Below are positions 50,801-62,500 of a stretch of 64,000 bases of DNA, piece by piece (positions within the stretch are counted from its first letter, which is position 1; each line of letters starts with the position of its first letter). Source of the stretch: Amoebophrya sp. A120 (lineage: Eukaryota; Protista; Dinoflagellata); contig CAJINV010000019.1 of the NCBI GenBank assembly GCA_905178155.1, forward strand, positions 1,162,913 through 1,226,912, written 5' to 3'. The notes below the pieces were generated by a model that worked only from the letters and a program-made list of their open reading frames with translations, had not been told where the DNA came from and did no database searches. A program made the translations under genes and the position numbers.

Positions 50801-53426
50801 CCTTCGGATCGGGGCTTGTGCGGCGGCTTGTAGTCCGCTTGCACGGTTGCGCACAGGTGCTGCCGATGAGAGGGATGCAAGGCACCCGCCAATTTGCGAC
50901 CGGGCCCTTTTCGCGCATCCGGTTCGTGGCTACTCTAGTCTGCCCGGGGCTGGCATTGATTTCCGCCTCCGGCCTAAGGCCGGCGCCACTCGCGGGCAGG
51001 TTGTGTACGGCGGCCCGGCGCCCGGCGATGAGAGCAATGGATGCGTGCACGAGAATGCCCGCGTGCGGCCTCGGCTATTCGACCCGCTCGCCCCGCGCGG
51101 CGACGGTGCTCTGCTTTACGTGGTTGCGCAGCATCTTGGCGCTGCGTTCAGGTTTCGTCGGCCCGGGACGGCCATGAAGCTTAGTCGCGCCTCTGGCCGG
51201 CGACTGCTTCTGCTTCTGGCCATGCCGCGTGATGCGGATGGCGCGGCTTGGTGGCGACGAGCGTCGCTCCCGAGGTGGGTCGGTCGGGCTCGGCTCAGGC
51301 CGGGCTCACCCCACGCGGGCGCGCGGCGTTTGCGCTTCGGTGCGAAGCTGTTGCGACCGACCTACGTCGGGAGCGGCACTTCGTCGCCACCTTGCCTTGC
51401 TCCTGCGCCCACCTGCTTTGGAAGGGCTTCTCGGTTGGCGCAGATAGCACTCCCGGCGTTGCTGCTGATGCTGCCACTGCTCCCAAGGTGGGGGCCCGCT
51501 GTACGTACGGCGCCAGGGCACTGTGCCTGTTGTAGTTGCGCGGCAGCGCTGCAGGCATCGGATGGCACTGCATATCGCGGCACCGCAGCGGCGGGTCCGC
51601 GGGAGATTGGGTTCGGAGATGCAGAGTTGCTCTCCCCCCGACGTTTACGTGTCCGTAGGGTGTGCCTGGTGCGCCCCTGCGGATAGCGATTGCGCCACTC
51701 GCTTTCCGCGCCGGCGGCGAGAATGAGTGGATCCAGTTTGCTGACATTGCAAGGTGCGCCGTCGCATGCGCGCAGGTTGTCTGGGTTGGCGACGAGCTCC
51801 GCTTCCGAGGCGGGTCGGTCGGGTTCAGCTCCGGCTGAACTCACCCCGCACGGTTGCTGGTGCTTGGTCGCGAGGACGCCTCGCGTGGCCTGCTTCGGAA
51901 GCGACGCTTCGTCGCCATCGCTTTGAGCGCGCGCATGCGAAGCGCGCGGCGCGCACTTTGCTTGTCGCACTAGGAAGGTGCTATGGCTGCCAGTTGATGG
52001 CAGCCGCTGCCACGATCGATCTTTTGACGAGCACTTCCGCCCGGAAGAGCGTGGTGGCGGTGGGGTGTCGGGGGCTCGGCCGCCCCCCTCTTCCGTTCGG
52101 AAGAGCTCGGTGGCTATGGTTCCCCACCGCCGGGTCGCGGCCGCTGAAGCCGCTCCGGCCTCTGGTGTTCGCGTTCGGGCGAGCGCGATCTCGCTTCGGC
52201 GACGCCTTCGGGCGCTGTGCTCTTTTGGGACCAGACGGTCCTGCGACTGGCTCAAGGCTGGAGCCAATAAAAAAAAATGAAATCTGACAAATGTGGCGAT
52301 GAACCACAAAACTGCTTGTGTCGGAATGTCACGCAAGGTGGTACAGAACAGTTTTTGACAATTGCGCAGTAGTTCATCTTAAATTGTATGCAGATGCATA
52401 ATATATTTGGTGAATTTCAGAAATTACAAAAAAATAGCTCCTTTGATCCCAACCCCCCCCCCCCCCCCTTGGGCCATAGGCATCAATGACTGGCCCAGGC
52501 TCCAGGTGCCAGAAAGAGTGCGTCCATTCCTAGAACGAATAGGGGTCCACCTAGGTCCGCCGTGGGAGCCTGTTCAGTGCATTCTCGAAAATCGCAAAGC
52601 CGCCCACAGATCGCATCGCGCATCCTTGTGATCCGCCACTGGAGCCCGGTGGTGGGTATCGTAGATGGGACGTCTTCCTCATGATCCCGCGCCTGTCATC
52701 GTCGCAAGTCGCCGCACAACGAGGATAAATAGCGCTGCTGCGCCCGCCCTGCTCTGCCGGGGGCCGCCGTTCCTTGCGCGGTCGCCACGTGCGCAACCGC
52801 GCGGCCGTGCCCTGTTTCGCCACCGTAGGAGGCGCGGCGACCCGCGCCCGCCCCGATCACCGCGCTCTTCGGCAGCGTGCCGACGCGGCGCGCGCCCCTC
52901 GGCCGGCGGTGATGATGCCTTGGAAAAAGCGCGCGCGCGGGGCGCCCCGTTTCGCGCCCCCCGTACGGGGAAGGGATCCCGTGCACAAGGGTGGCAAAGC
53001 CCCTTGGGGTGGAGTTTCAAATGCGCGCCGTAGTGCCCCGGGCGTTCTTCGATGGCGCCCCGGTTTCAGGGTCGGTGCCCGGGTGCGACATGTACTGGGC
53101 CAAGGAAAAGAGCGGGGGTAAAGACACCGCGTAGCGGCGCGGCCCCCGGGCGAGCCGCCGCCGGCCGCGCGCGCCTTGTTTGCCCGCTGCCCTGCTCGAG
53201 TTCCGTAGCCCGCACCGCGGCGCCTGGAGCGCTTGCGCGTCTCGTCCATCGTAGCTCGTCCGAGGCCGTCGTGCAGGTAATTTGACTGCTCGCTTTCCGG
53301 GTACAACATTCGTCTACGTTCTGCGGGCACGATGCGTATTTGAAAGGGACAAGCCTCGTCAAACATGATTACCAATCGGGTTTACGTACCCTCGTCTACT
53401 GCGTTTGAGTTTCGGTCATTTTCCTA
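47885..53426. mobile_element. ~5.5-kb apparently non-coding, probably nested DNA-transposon-like insertion (hAT-like TAGG termini)
   Basis: Imperfect TIR TAGGGAAAGGACTGATA vs reverse complement TAGGAAAATGACCGAAA (13/17). GC-rich arms enclose AT-rich blocks (49100-49900, 52260-52470); internal repeats; TSD not convincing. Confidence 0.45.
50500..52220. repeat. Degenerate internal direct repeats
   Basis: Recurrent GGTAGGCTTGCG..ATTTC..CTCCGG units (50500-50970). GGCGACGAGC..GAGG(T/C)GGGTCGGTCGGG..CTCACCCC occurs at 51253 and 51788 (535-bp spacing). Confidence 0.6.
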
Positions 53427-53534
53427 ACTTGGTATCTGAAATGTCACTGCAAGAAGCAACTCGATGAAATTGCAGCTCAATACTCGTGACCGTTGTTTTT
53501 TTCGAAGCTGCGCAGCGGGAGCGCCTTACTCGTT

Positions 53535-55679
53535 ATGTGCTGGCACCTCCAGCAAATTCATAGGTCGCCGCATCGCCGTGTTCGCATGCACTGTGCCGGT
53601 TTCTTATTCGGAGGAGCATTCGGCTCTCTCGTCACTGCCGCACACGAATCGCGTTCGCGGGGCAACATTCTCCGGCGGGGTCGAACGACCACGGGCACGA
53701 CAAGCTCCGCACGCGTTGGAGCAGCCGCACCGGCGGTTGTCTCGCCCGCTGCGCCCGAACACAACTCGCCGATGGCATCAGAGCACTCGACCCGTCGGAG
53801 GACCAAGAAAAGTTTTCTGCAGAAGTTGCTGGAAAAGAAAACCCGGATCGAGGTTGATGCTGGGCAGCAACACCGCACGTCGGCCGGCCAAAACTCCCGT
53901 GACGCGCAGAGCTGCTGCGCAGATGAAAGAGGCGTAGGTGCGGTGGCCACTGTGGAGGGGAGAAAGACGACCTCCGCAGGAGATCCGTGTTCGGGAGAAA
54001 ACGAGAACGCGCAAACAACACCTGATCGGGACAATACTCTCCTGGGCACAAGTTCTTCTACTGCGCAGAACAAGACCGCGGGAACATCTACCTCGGCCAA
54101 TGCTGATGCCAGCAGCAGGACAGGAGGCTTGGCTGCGGGCGGAGGGGGATCGCCGGTTGGGGCCGCGGTTCCGCCACTCGGCAAACAAGCGAGCGGAACA
54201 GAAAACGAAACTCCGGGAACATCATCAACAACAGTCCCCGTGCGGAAGCCCGGCACCACGCAACGCGACTGTTCGGGGAAAGACAAAGTTTGGACGGTGC
54301 ACTACATGCCGTGGATGCTGCCACAGTGCGTGGACTACGACCACTGGTGTCAGGGCACGTCCTGGTACAAGCCCAAGCTTGATGCGATATGCGACGAGGG
54401 GGATATAATTTCTAGTGGAACATCAACATCAAGAACTACTTCGGCAGAACAAAATGGAAACGGAAAACAAACCAATCCCAGCACTCGCCCGAAACTGCTA
54501 CGTAACGACGAGGATAAAGAGTGGCTTTGTGCAAAAAGCGGGGAAGATGAGAATGATGCGCAGGAGAACTCAATCGATAAAGATGGAAAAAACCTCTCCG
54601 GCATCTACCGCATTCCGACGAAATGTCCACCTTGCGACGGGACCCAAGCCTCCTGCCTCGCGGAGGAGGGAGATCGAGACAACTTCAGCGGCGCGGGGCG
54701 GACGCCGTACCACATCGAGGCGCAGATGCAACTGATCCACGACAGTTGCATTGACGCGATCTGGATCGACTACCAGTGGCTCAACTGGAACGGCGCGATC
54801 GAGTTTGTGATTACCATTCTGGAGAAAATGCACCAAAGGGGTGACACGCTGAAGTTTGCCATTCTCCTGGACCCGAACGCCAGTCAGGGCGCGCTGTGGA
54901 AGCAGGCGCACGACGCGGCTCAGTCGCCGTTCACGACCCGGTGGGTGAATCACGAGTTGTACCACACATGGAAGGGAAAGAGACTCGTGCCGGTTTTCGC
55001 CGTGAATTTGGTGAACGAAGTTGTATCTCCCGACCAAATTGTCCCCGACGCGATCTACTTTCACGATTCCCAGGGGCAGAATTACCAAGCGTCTATTCGC
55101 GGCGGGGCGCACTTTTCGGGCACCTACCCGTGGCCCTGCGGATCGCACGGGAACAACTTACAGTACCTGCGCGACCGGTACTCGGAGTGCCGACACCAGA
55201 ACCACGATAAGTCCCGGACCGACATGCCCTGCGTCGGCCTGCTGTACCCGCAGTTCTGCGACTGCTACAAGGACCGGAGTTTCTGTTGCCACGGGTACTG
55301 TGAAGTGCCGGGAAAAATGACCGAGAACTGCTTATTCGCGACCGCGAGTTTTCTCTCCGGGGAATTGAAACACGAAGGAACTGGGGTCGACATCGTGCAG
55401 ATCGTTACGTGGAACGATTACGGCGAGATGACGCACATCGAACCCAGCACCCTGCGGGGGCTGGAGGAAGGGCAATTTGGGTGTGAAAATGGCGGGTTAC
55501 TTCCGAGCGTGTGCCGGTCGCGGTTTGACAAGGCGGGCGGGTACAACGCCTGGCGCGACATGGTGGAAAACCGGCTCGGCCACAACAACCCGGACGAGCC
55601 AGTTTCCTCTGCGCAGACGCTGCTCCGGGTGCGGAACGTGATCCGGAATCAAAACGACAAGTACACAGTATGGCGATGA
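53535..55679 (+). CDS. Glycoside hydrolase of GH71/GH99-like fold, probably secreted; intronless
   Basis: Motifs VHYMPW, IEAQMQLIHDSCIDAIWIDY, YHTWKGKRLVPVF, QIVTWNDYGEMTHIEPS; hydrophobic segment after ATG 53586. Confidence 0.75.
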   Translation: MCWHLQQIHRSPHRRVRMHCAGFLFGGAFGSLVTAAHESRSRGNILRRGRTTTGTTSSARVGAAAPAVVSPAAPEHNSPMASEHSTRRRTKKSFLQKLLEKKTRIEVDAGQQHRTSAGQNSRDAQSCCADERGVGAVATVEGRKTTSAGDPCSGENENAQTTPDRDNTLLGTSSSTAQNKTAGTSTSANADASSRTGGLAAGGGGSPVGAAVPPLGKQASGTENETPGTSSTTVPVRKPGTTQRDCSGKDKVWTVHYMPWMLPQCVDYDHWCQGTSWYKPKLDAICDEGDIISSGTSTSRTTSAEQNGNGKQTNPSTRPKLLRNDEDKEWLCAKSGEDENDAQENSIDKDGKNLSGIYRIPTKCPPCDGTQASCLAEEGDRDNFSGAGRTPYHIEAQMQLIHDSCIDAIWIDYQWLNWNGAIEFVITILEKMHQRGDTLKFAILLDPNASQGALWKQAHDAAQSPFTTRWVNHELYHTWKGKRLVPVFAVNLVNEVVSPDQIVPDAIYFHDSQGQNYQASIRGGAHFSGTYPWPCGSHGNNLQYLRDRYSECRHQNHDKSRTDMPCVGLLYPQFCDCYKDRSFCCHGYCEVPGKMTENCLFATASFLSGELKHEGTGVDIVQIVTWNDYGEMTHIEPSTLRGLEEGQFGCENGGLLPSVCRSRFDKAGGYNAWRDMVENRLGHNNPDEPVSSAQTLLRVRNVIRNQNDKYTVWR

Positions 55680-56583
55680 CACAGGTAGCAGCTGCGAGGA
55701 TTCAGGAAGGTCGCTATTGGGGAGCGCCGTTGAAGGTGTTTGAATGTGTCGACGTGTCTTGCGTTATTGCATGACCCGAAATTACTTATGTACATTGATT
55801 CTGTTTCTGTATGATAACAAATGCAGGTAATTGGTTTCCGTTTCCTGCGAACTTAGTTTCTCAAAAAATCAAAAGCAATTGCGAAGAAAAACAAGATCTT
55901 CAGTTTAGATGTACACCAATCTGGCATTTTGTCGTGTTCCGCGAGGCACGTACAAATTGTTAGTCGCACAAGATCTTTGTGTAGTGTCTGAGACGTAAAG
56001 TTGACAGCACTTCTTTTGTAGACTGCTCTACTCCGCCACCCGAGACCCCCGAGAGTGAAGAGACTTCTGAGCACAACATCCATTCTGCTGGCAGTACAAT
56101 TTCAATCGCATATACAACACAGCTTCGCCTGCTTGCTTAGAAGAAGTAGCTTCTAGGGATCAGCATCAGCTTGTGCTGTCGCATGATTTTGTCCCAGAGC
56201 CTCGCGCGTTTAACCTAGAAGTAGAACTTTCGGAACTCCATTTATCTTATCACTGCTCACGACAGATCTGCTTGCTTCAGGCCGTTTAGTCTAGAACAGT
56301 TCGGTTCAGTAGTTTTCTCGATGATCTTGAGTACCATGGCAGGCTAAGTCCAAATTTATCTCAGTGGTATTCGTCTCTCTCCCTTCTCGCATAATTATAT
56401 CGCATATCGGTTTTAATGAGGAGCTCCTGCTCCATGAGAAGTACTTCTGGTTCTGTGCGTTGTCTCCCACTAGAATTCCGGCAAGAAGTCGGGCTATATG
56501 TATTCTGAAAAGCAACCTACGCTGCCTCTTAAGTCTTCTCTACTAAACACACTTTATTTGTTCGACGTCCTAAATGCACAAAA

Positions 56584-59500
56584 ATGCAACCGCCCGACGT
56601 CCCAATCGAAGATTCTTCGGGACGAGGAAGTGATGACTCGGCTAGCAGTCGGAGTAGCGAAGACGGCGCGGGGAGTGGTGAGGGACGAGAGGATGCTGCT
56701 GCACAAAGTGAGACGTCGAGCAGCGAGGAAGAAGAGGAAGAGCACGAGGGGGACCACGACGGCCATACCCTGAGCAGCAGCGATAAAAACAGCGCAGCAG
56801 ACAGCATCGCGAGCGAAGAGGAGTCCTCTTCAAGCGCACTAGACCATCAAGAGGAGAACGAGGATGGAGAGCAAGGAGAGGACGTTCCTGCAAGAAGTAT
56901 TGGCAGCGAAGAGGACGAGGATGCGAGCGGGAGCGGCGGCGGGCACGACGGAAGTGATGCTGGAGGAGACGTGGATGCAGAAGCGGTTGCGAGGACCAGT
57001 CAGAGCAGTAGCTCGGATGGAAAAAACGGACAAGTGAACGCGGCCGCAGGTGACCACAGCGACGGGAGCAGCAGTTCACCCGATGAAGCTGATCAGAATT
57101 CCGATGTCGTTGACAACGGTGCGTCGTCTTTGGCTCGCGAACAAGAACGTAGTGACGATAACGGTTCTGCTGCTGCTGCTGCTGCTGCCAGCGACGGCGA
57201 AAACGACAAAGGTGCAGGTGCGGCCGAGATAGCACAGCACGAAGATGAGATACGCGACGACAGTGAGAAGAGTGCCAGCAGCTACGTTCTCGCCGGCAGC
57301 GTGAAAGACGAACAAGAGCCTGATCCAAATGACGAAAATGCGGTTCCCGCTGCTGGACAGGAGGTTCTCACCGATGCAAATAACGTGGTGCCAGCAGTAC
57401 TTCTACCCTCCTGCCGCCAGTGCGCCAACCCGAAAGCGCACGTAAAGCACACCTGCGGCAAGGAACACAAGTTCACGTGGAAAAGGCGCCCGAAGAACGC
57501 GGAGAGTACAAATGTAACGAGCGATAGGAACAACAGTCGCAAGCTTCTCGGCCCGAATGCTGCGGGTGACAAAGACGATGTCAACAGGAATTTTTCTGAA
57601 AATAACAATAACCACCCCAGCAGCGAAGATGACGACTTGGACCCGCACAACAGCATCATGCCTTTGGAGAATTTGGACTTTATCGCCGACAGTTACCTCC
57701 GGAAAAGAAAACTGACGAAGAGAAACAAGGAAAGGGGACCGTACTACGCGAAATTCAAACTTTCCATCAACTGGAAGAGCAAGTTATCCTGTGCAAAAGT
57801 ATCGTACTCGTATTGCAATCATGCATTACAAATTTTCTTGTTAAGTCAAATCCGCATTACAAATTTTATTTCTCATGCTGAGGAAATTTCTATTGCATTT
57901 ATACGAGTACGATGCTTTTGCACTGTATACAAGTGCCGCTTCAAAAACCTGGACGAAAAATTCAACGACACCCACTGCACGCAGTGCGGCAAGGAGTATC
58001 AAATGTAAAAATGTCTGGGTCTGGAAGATTGCCAGGTTTGTCATGCACATTTTGCATGACCCATGAGGTCTGGAATGCGGGACTTAGCATGACAGACTCT
58101 GCGAGGTCCCTGCCATGCCTATTCTGCATGAGAAATTCCGGCCCAACTTCGTCAAAAGTGGACAGCTTTTGGCACTCATGCAACACAGATTTTTGCATGC
58201 TTCAGATTTACCATGACAAGTTGCAATCTTCCAGACCCAGACATTTTTACATTTGATAAGGAGGGCGGCGAGCTCATCTTCTGCGACGGCAGGAATTGCA
58301 CGCGGTCCTTCCACCTTCCCTGCGTTTCGCGGAACCAGGGCTTCCAGGATTTGACGGGCCAGGAGTGGCTCTGCCCGTATTGCGGGGGGAAAGACGAATT
58401 GGTGGTGTACAATCGGGGGATGCAGAACAAAAGATCAGCGCACCAGAAGGCCAACGAATATTTCAAGATGGCAGAACAAGACTCGGCGTTCAAGTTGAAA
58501 GTGGAAAAATTGGTGCGAAATTGCTCCATAGCGTCGAAGGCGTCGTTATGAGAGCTGTGTACTTACAACTCCCCTCATCATTTGAATGGCAGACAGTCAG
58601 TAGCAACAGACAGCGAAAGTGTAGTTTCCGCATGACATTATCGCCATGTACTTAGCTAAGTGCCGCGCGAAAGACTTTACTAGCCTGAGTGCTTTGTGAA
58701 CGGCTTAAGCCTAAGTGCTTCGCGAACGACTTCAGCCTAGGTGCTTCGCGAACGACTTATGCCTAAGTGTTGCGCGAAAGACTTAAGCGTATGTCGCTCG
58801 CGAACGACTTAAGCGTATTTAGTTCGCGAACGACTTAAGCGTATGTAGTTCGCGAACGACTTAAGCGTATGTAGTTTGCGAACGACTTAAGCGTATGTGG
58901 CTGCGAGCGAGTTACCTCTAAGTGCTGCGCGAAAGACGTAATTATATGTAGTCCGCGAACGACTTAAGCGTATGTAGTTCGCGAACGACTTAAGCCTAAA
59001 TAAAATGCTGCGCGAACGACTTAAGCCTGAGTGCTTCGCGCACGACTTAAGCCTCAGTGAGCTTCGTGAAAGACTTAAGCAAGCCGAAGTGCTTCGCGAA
59101 CGACTATAGCGAATATTTTCTGCGGCACCAAGTGCTCTCTTGCGTGCTGCAACGGATTCTATTGCCAAACGGCAGCGGGGACGGCCGGATTACCTTCCAA
59201 CTTGCATGACAGATGGAGGTAGATGAGTTGTACACGCGCATAGTCCTGTCTCGTGGTGCAGAACTGTTTTCCGGACCTGTTTGACGGCAAGCCGATGGAA
59301 GAATTCGACGTGGATGATATCCTGAGTAAAAACGCCCCCACCCCAGAGTTGTAATGCAAATCTGCATGCCAAAAAAGCCTCTCATGCGGAGCCCCATGAG
59401 AGCCATTTTGTACTCGTGTTTTGGGATTTGTGATGCTAGAATCAGCATGACGTGCTAGATCTGTGATGCTTCGGAACTAAACAGGATTACACTACAAGGA

Positions 59501-62500
59501 CAAATTTGTCATGCGAAACAGCCAAAGCTGGTTGATTTGTTTAGCAGATTTCGCCATCTTGACTCTGGTGTGGGGACATTTTTCCTCACAATAGATGACG
59601 AAGACTGGTGCGAGCAAATCAAGAAGATCCAGGCGAGGTTTATGACCCACTCAGACGTTACAATCTCAACTGTTACAATAGAATCTGGAAATCTGTGATG
59701 CAAGAACTGCATGATCTAGCCTACTCCCATAGGATTGCGCATGACAAGTTTCGGAGTCCCAAACCCACTTCGAATCCGGCAAAATTTGTATTGCGAAAAG
59801 CTCAATTCTCTCTGCGTTCCTCATGCTCTTCATGCAATACAAATTCCAGACTCTATTGTAACGTTTGAGATTGTAACGCTTGAGCAGGCCATAAGGTTTC
59901 ACGAACTTCTCTCCAACGCCACCAGTTCAGACTCGGGCATTATCACTTGCAAAAGTGTCTGGGTCTGGAAAAACGCCAGGTGTGTCGTGCTCTGCTAGCA
60001 TGACTGTCAAGTCTGTCATGCAAGGTCGTACCTAAAAGCGCCACTATTCGTATTGCGTTATGCAAAAGCAGAGTTTCTTATGCAGAATAGGCAACGCCAA
60101 GCGACTCAAAAACCTGTCATGCTGAGCAGTCATTTCTGGCGTTGGTTCTCTTAATTCGCCAACCAGCATCACAAGTTTCCAGACCCAGACATATTTGCAT
60201 TTGATAGGCATCACCCCGCTCGGCGCGGTTTTGCAAGCGCAGGCGGAGAAGCCCGACAACGTCTGGCCGCTGGAAATCGCCAAGATTCTCTTCGCGAACG
60301 GCTGCTCGCCCTGGTCAAAAGTGGCGGACAACAGTGTGATCGTTGGGAACGTGCTGAACCCAGAGGAAACCGGGGTCGCGTTTGTGCAGCGGCAGATGAT
60401 CCACGTCGTGCGAAAGTACCTGGCGACCTGTGAAAAGAACAAGCCGGTGATTGTCGCGAAAGATGTGCTGGAAAATAACGGTTTCCTTCTGAACGGCACC
60501 GGGGGAGGTTCTGGCCAGCAGGGACTGTATTTTCAGCAAATGCAGATGATGAACTCTACAGATTTCAACATGCTGGACCCGCAAATGTGGAGCAATCTCG
60601 TGCACCACCCGAAGACAGACCAGCACCAGCAGCACCAGCCCATGACGAATCACAACGTGGTTGCTCCCAACTTGTATCCCCCAAACGGCAACCCACGGCC
60701 GCAGGCCAATTTAGGACGGAGGAACCCTCGCAGAAACAACAGCAAACAGACCGACCAGGCGCCGCAGCTCGCGGAGCCGCCAAAAATGAGCGAGCGCGCG
60801 CAGCTATGGATTGCAAAAATGTCTGGGTCTGGAAGACTGCAGAAGTTTGTCATGCAGATTTTGCATTACCCATGAGGTCTGTGATGCATGCCCTAGCATC
60901 AGAGATTTTGTGAGGGGTCTCTGATGCTCATACCGCATGAGAAATGCTCTCTCCGCGTAGCACAAATTACACCTCTCTTGCTATTCATGCAATACAGATT
61001 TTATGTAGAGTCCAAACAGCATTACAAGTTGCAACCTTCCAGACCCAGACAATTTTACTTTTGATAGCAGCGGCACCTCCTGCGGCGGATCCGGAGCACG
61101 CAAAATTCGCCGAAAAATAATGCGGGGGGGAAGAACAATAAAAGTGGGCCGTTGTTGAGAAGGAACACAACGACGGGGGGTCCCGGGACCCTGCAGATCG
61201 GGACCACTTCGAAGGCCAGTTCTTCCACAAGTCTTCTCGTAAACGGCGAGGTTCTGAATCTTCGTGATGCGGCAGCCAATGCGTTGAAAAAGAGGAGAAT
61301 TCTGAAGCGGCAAGACGGCGTAGAAGTTGGGGAGGAAAGCAAAGATGCGTCGCAGGTGGGGCAACAGTACAAAATTCACCCCGAGCAGACGAGTACGAAG
61401 CTTGTTCAACACCCTCTTTTTCCCGGCGGGGCACCGGCAGATTCGCATCCTGCTAATTCTGCCGTAGTCGGTCGTGGGGCGGTAGTGGGTGTAGCTGGTT
61501 CTTCCAATCTGCTGCCAGAGAAGGATCCGAAATTGTTCGCGAACGACAGTAACGCCTCGTTCGCACCAAAAATAGATCACGAGAAGACCAGCAATGCTGC
61601 TGGCGCGAACGCAGATCAGCCGCCCACGACCCCGAAGCCGCACCTTTTATTCTCTGTCTACCCGGACGAAAATGTAAATGATTCTGTCAATGCCGGCACT
61701 ACAACGTGCACTTGGACCTCGCGATTCATGAAGCACACCGCGGGACAGGCGGTCGAGCAGGCCGTGCAGGTGATGCAGCTATCAACTGCAAATATGTGGT
61801 CTGGTTCGGGAAGAATGCAAGAAGACTTGTCATGCTTAGCGCGCTTGATTTTGGTTTATTCTGTGATGCATGTGCACGAACAGCCCTCTTACTTGTCATG
61901 CAAAAACGCAATTTTCCATGCGGAATACGCAACATATAGCAGCTCGAAAAGTTCTCATGCGTGGCTGCATATTCCAGTGTGGCCATCAATCGCAGACTTG
62001 CATCACAAGTTCCCAGTGCAAATAATTTGCACTTGATAGCAGCCGAGCGTGCACGAAACCATGTGGGAAAAGCAGGTTGAGTATCGTAAGGAAAAAATCC
62101 TCCCTCCCCATTCAAAAAGGGCATACTTCTGAAAAGTTGTGATGCTGATTTGTGACCACAAATCGTCTCTGTATTGCAAGAAAGGAAACCCAGAGACTCT
62201 GCCGCATTTTGCAGGCGGTTTGTGATGCTGCTAGACCTACAGGGGGGATCTCTGTCATGCCAAGTGCCTACGTCAGAACATCCCCGCCCAGGCTTTGCAT
62301 CTGCCTGCGTTTCTCTACTGCAAGACACAGCTGATTTGTGTACACAGATCCCGCATCACAGATTTCGACTTCGATATGGCGAGGGGGGATTTTTCATTTT
62401 GATATTGAGTATCGCAACGCGTCAAAGAGCTCGGGGGTGGGATCCGGAAACGAGAATGGTTGTTCATCATCTTCCGCGTCGTCCTCTTCGGCCAGGAGGG

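Noticed and set aside
47681-53375. Long overlapping Arg/Ala/Pro-rich ORFs as a transposase or recombinase
   Set aside because: Shadow ORFs of GC-rich DNA on both strands; no catalytic motifs seen.
58660-59107. CRISPR-like array
   Set aside because: Units are head-to-tail with no unique spacers, there are no cas genes and the context is eukaryotic; it is a minisatellite.
824-62404. Recurrent peptides in the ORF track (IKCKNVWVWK, PDPDIFTFD, FQTQTFLHLI) as a protein repeat family
   Set aside because: They are translations of family A TIRs, not proteins.
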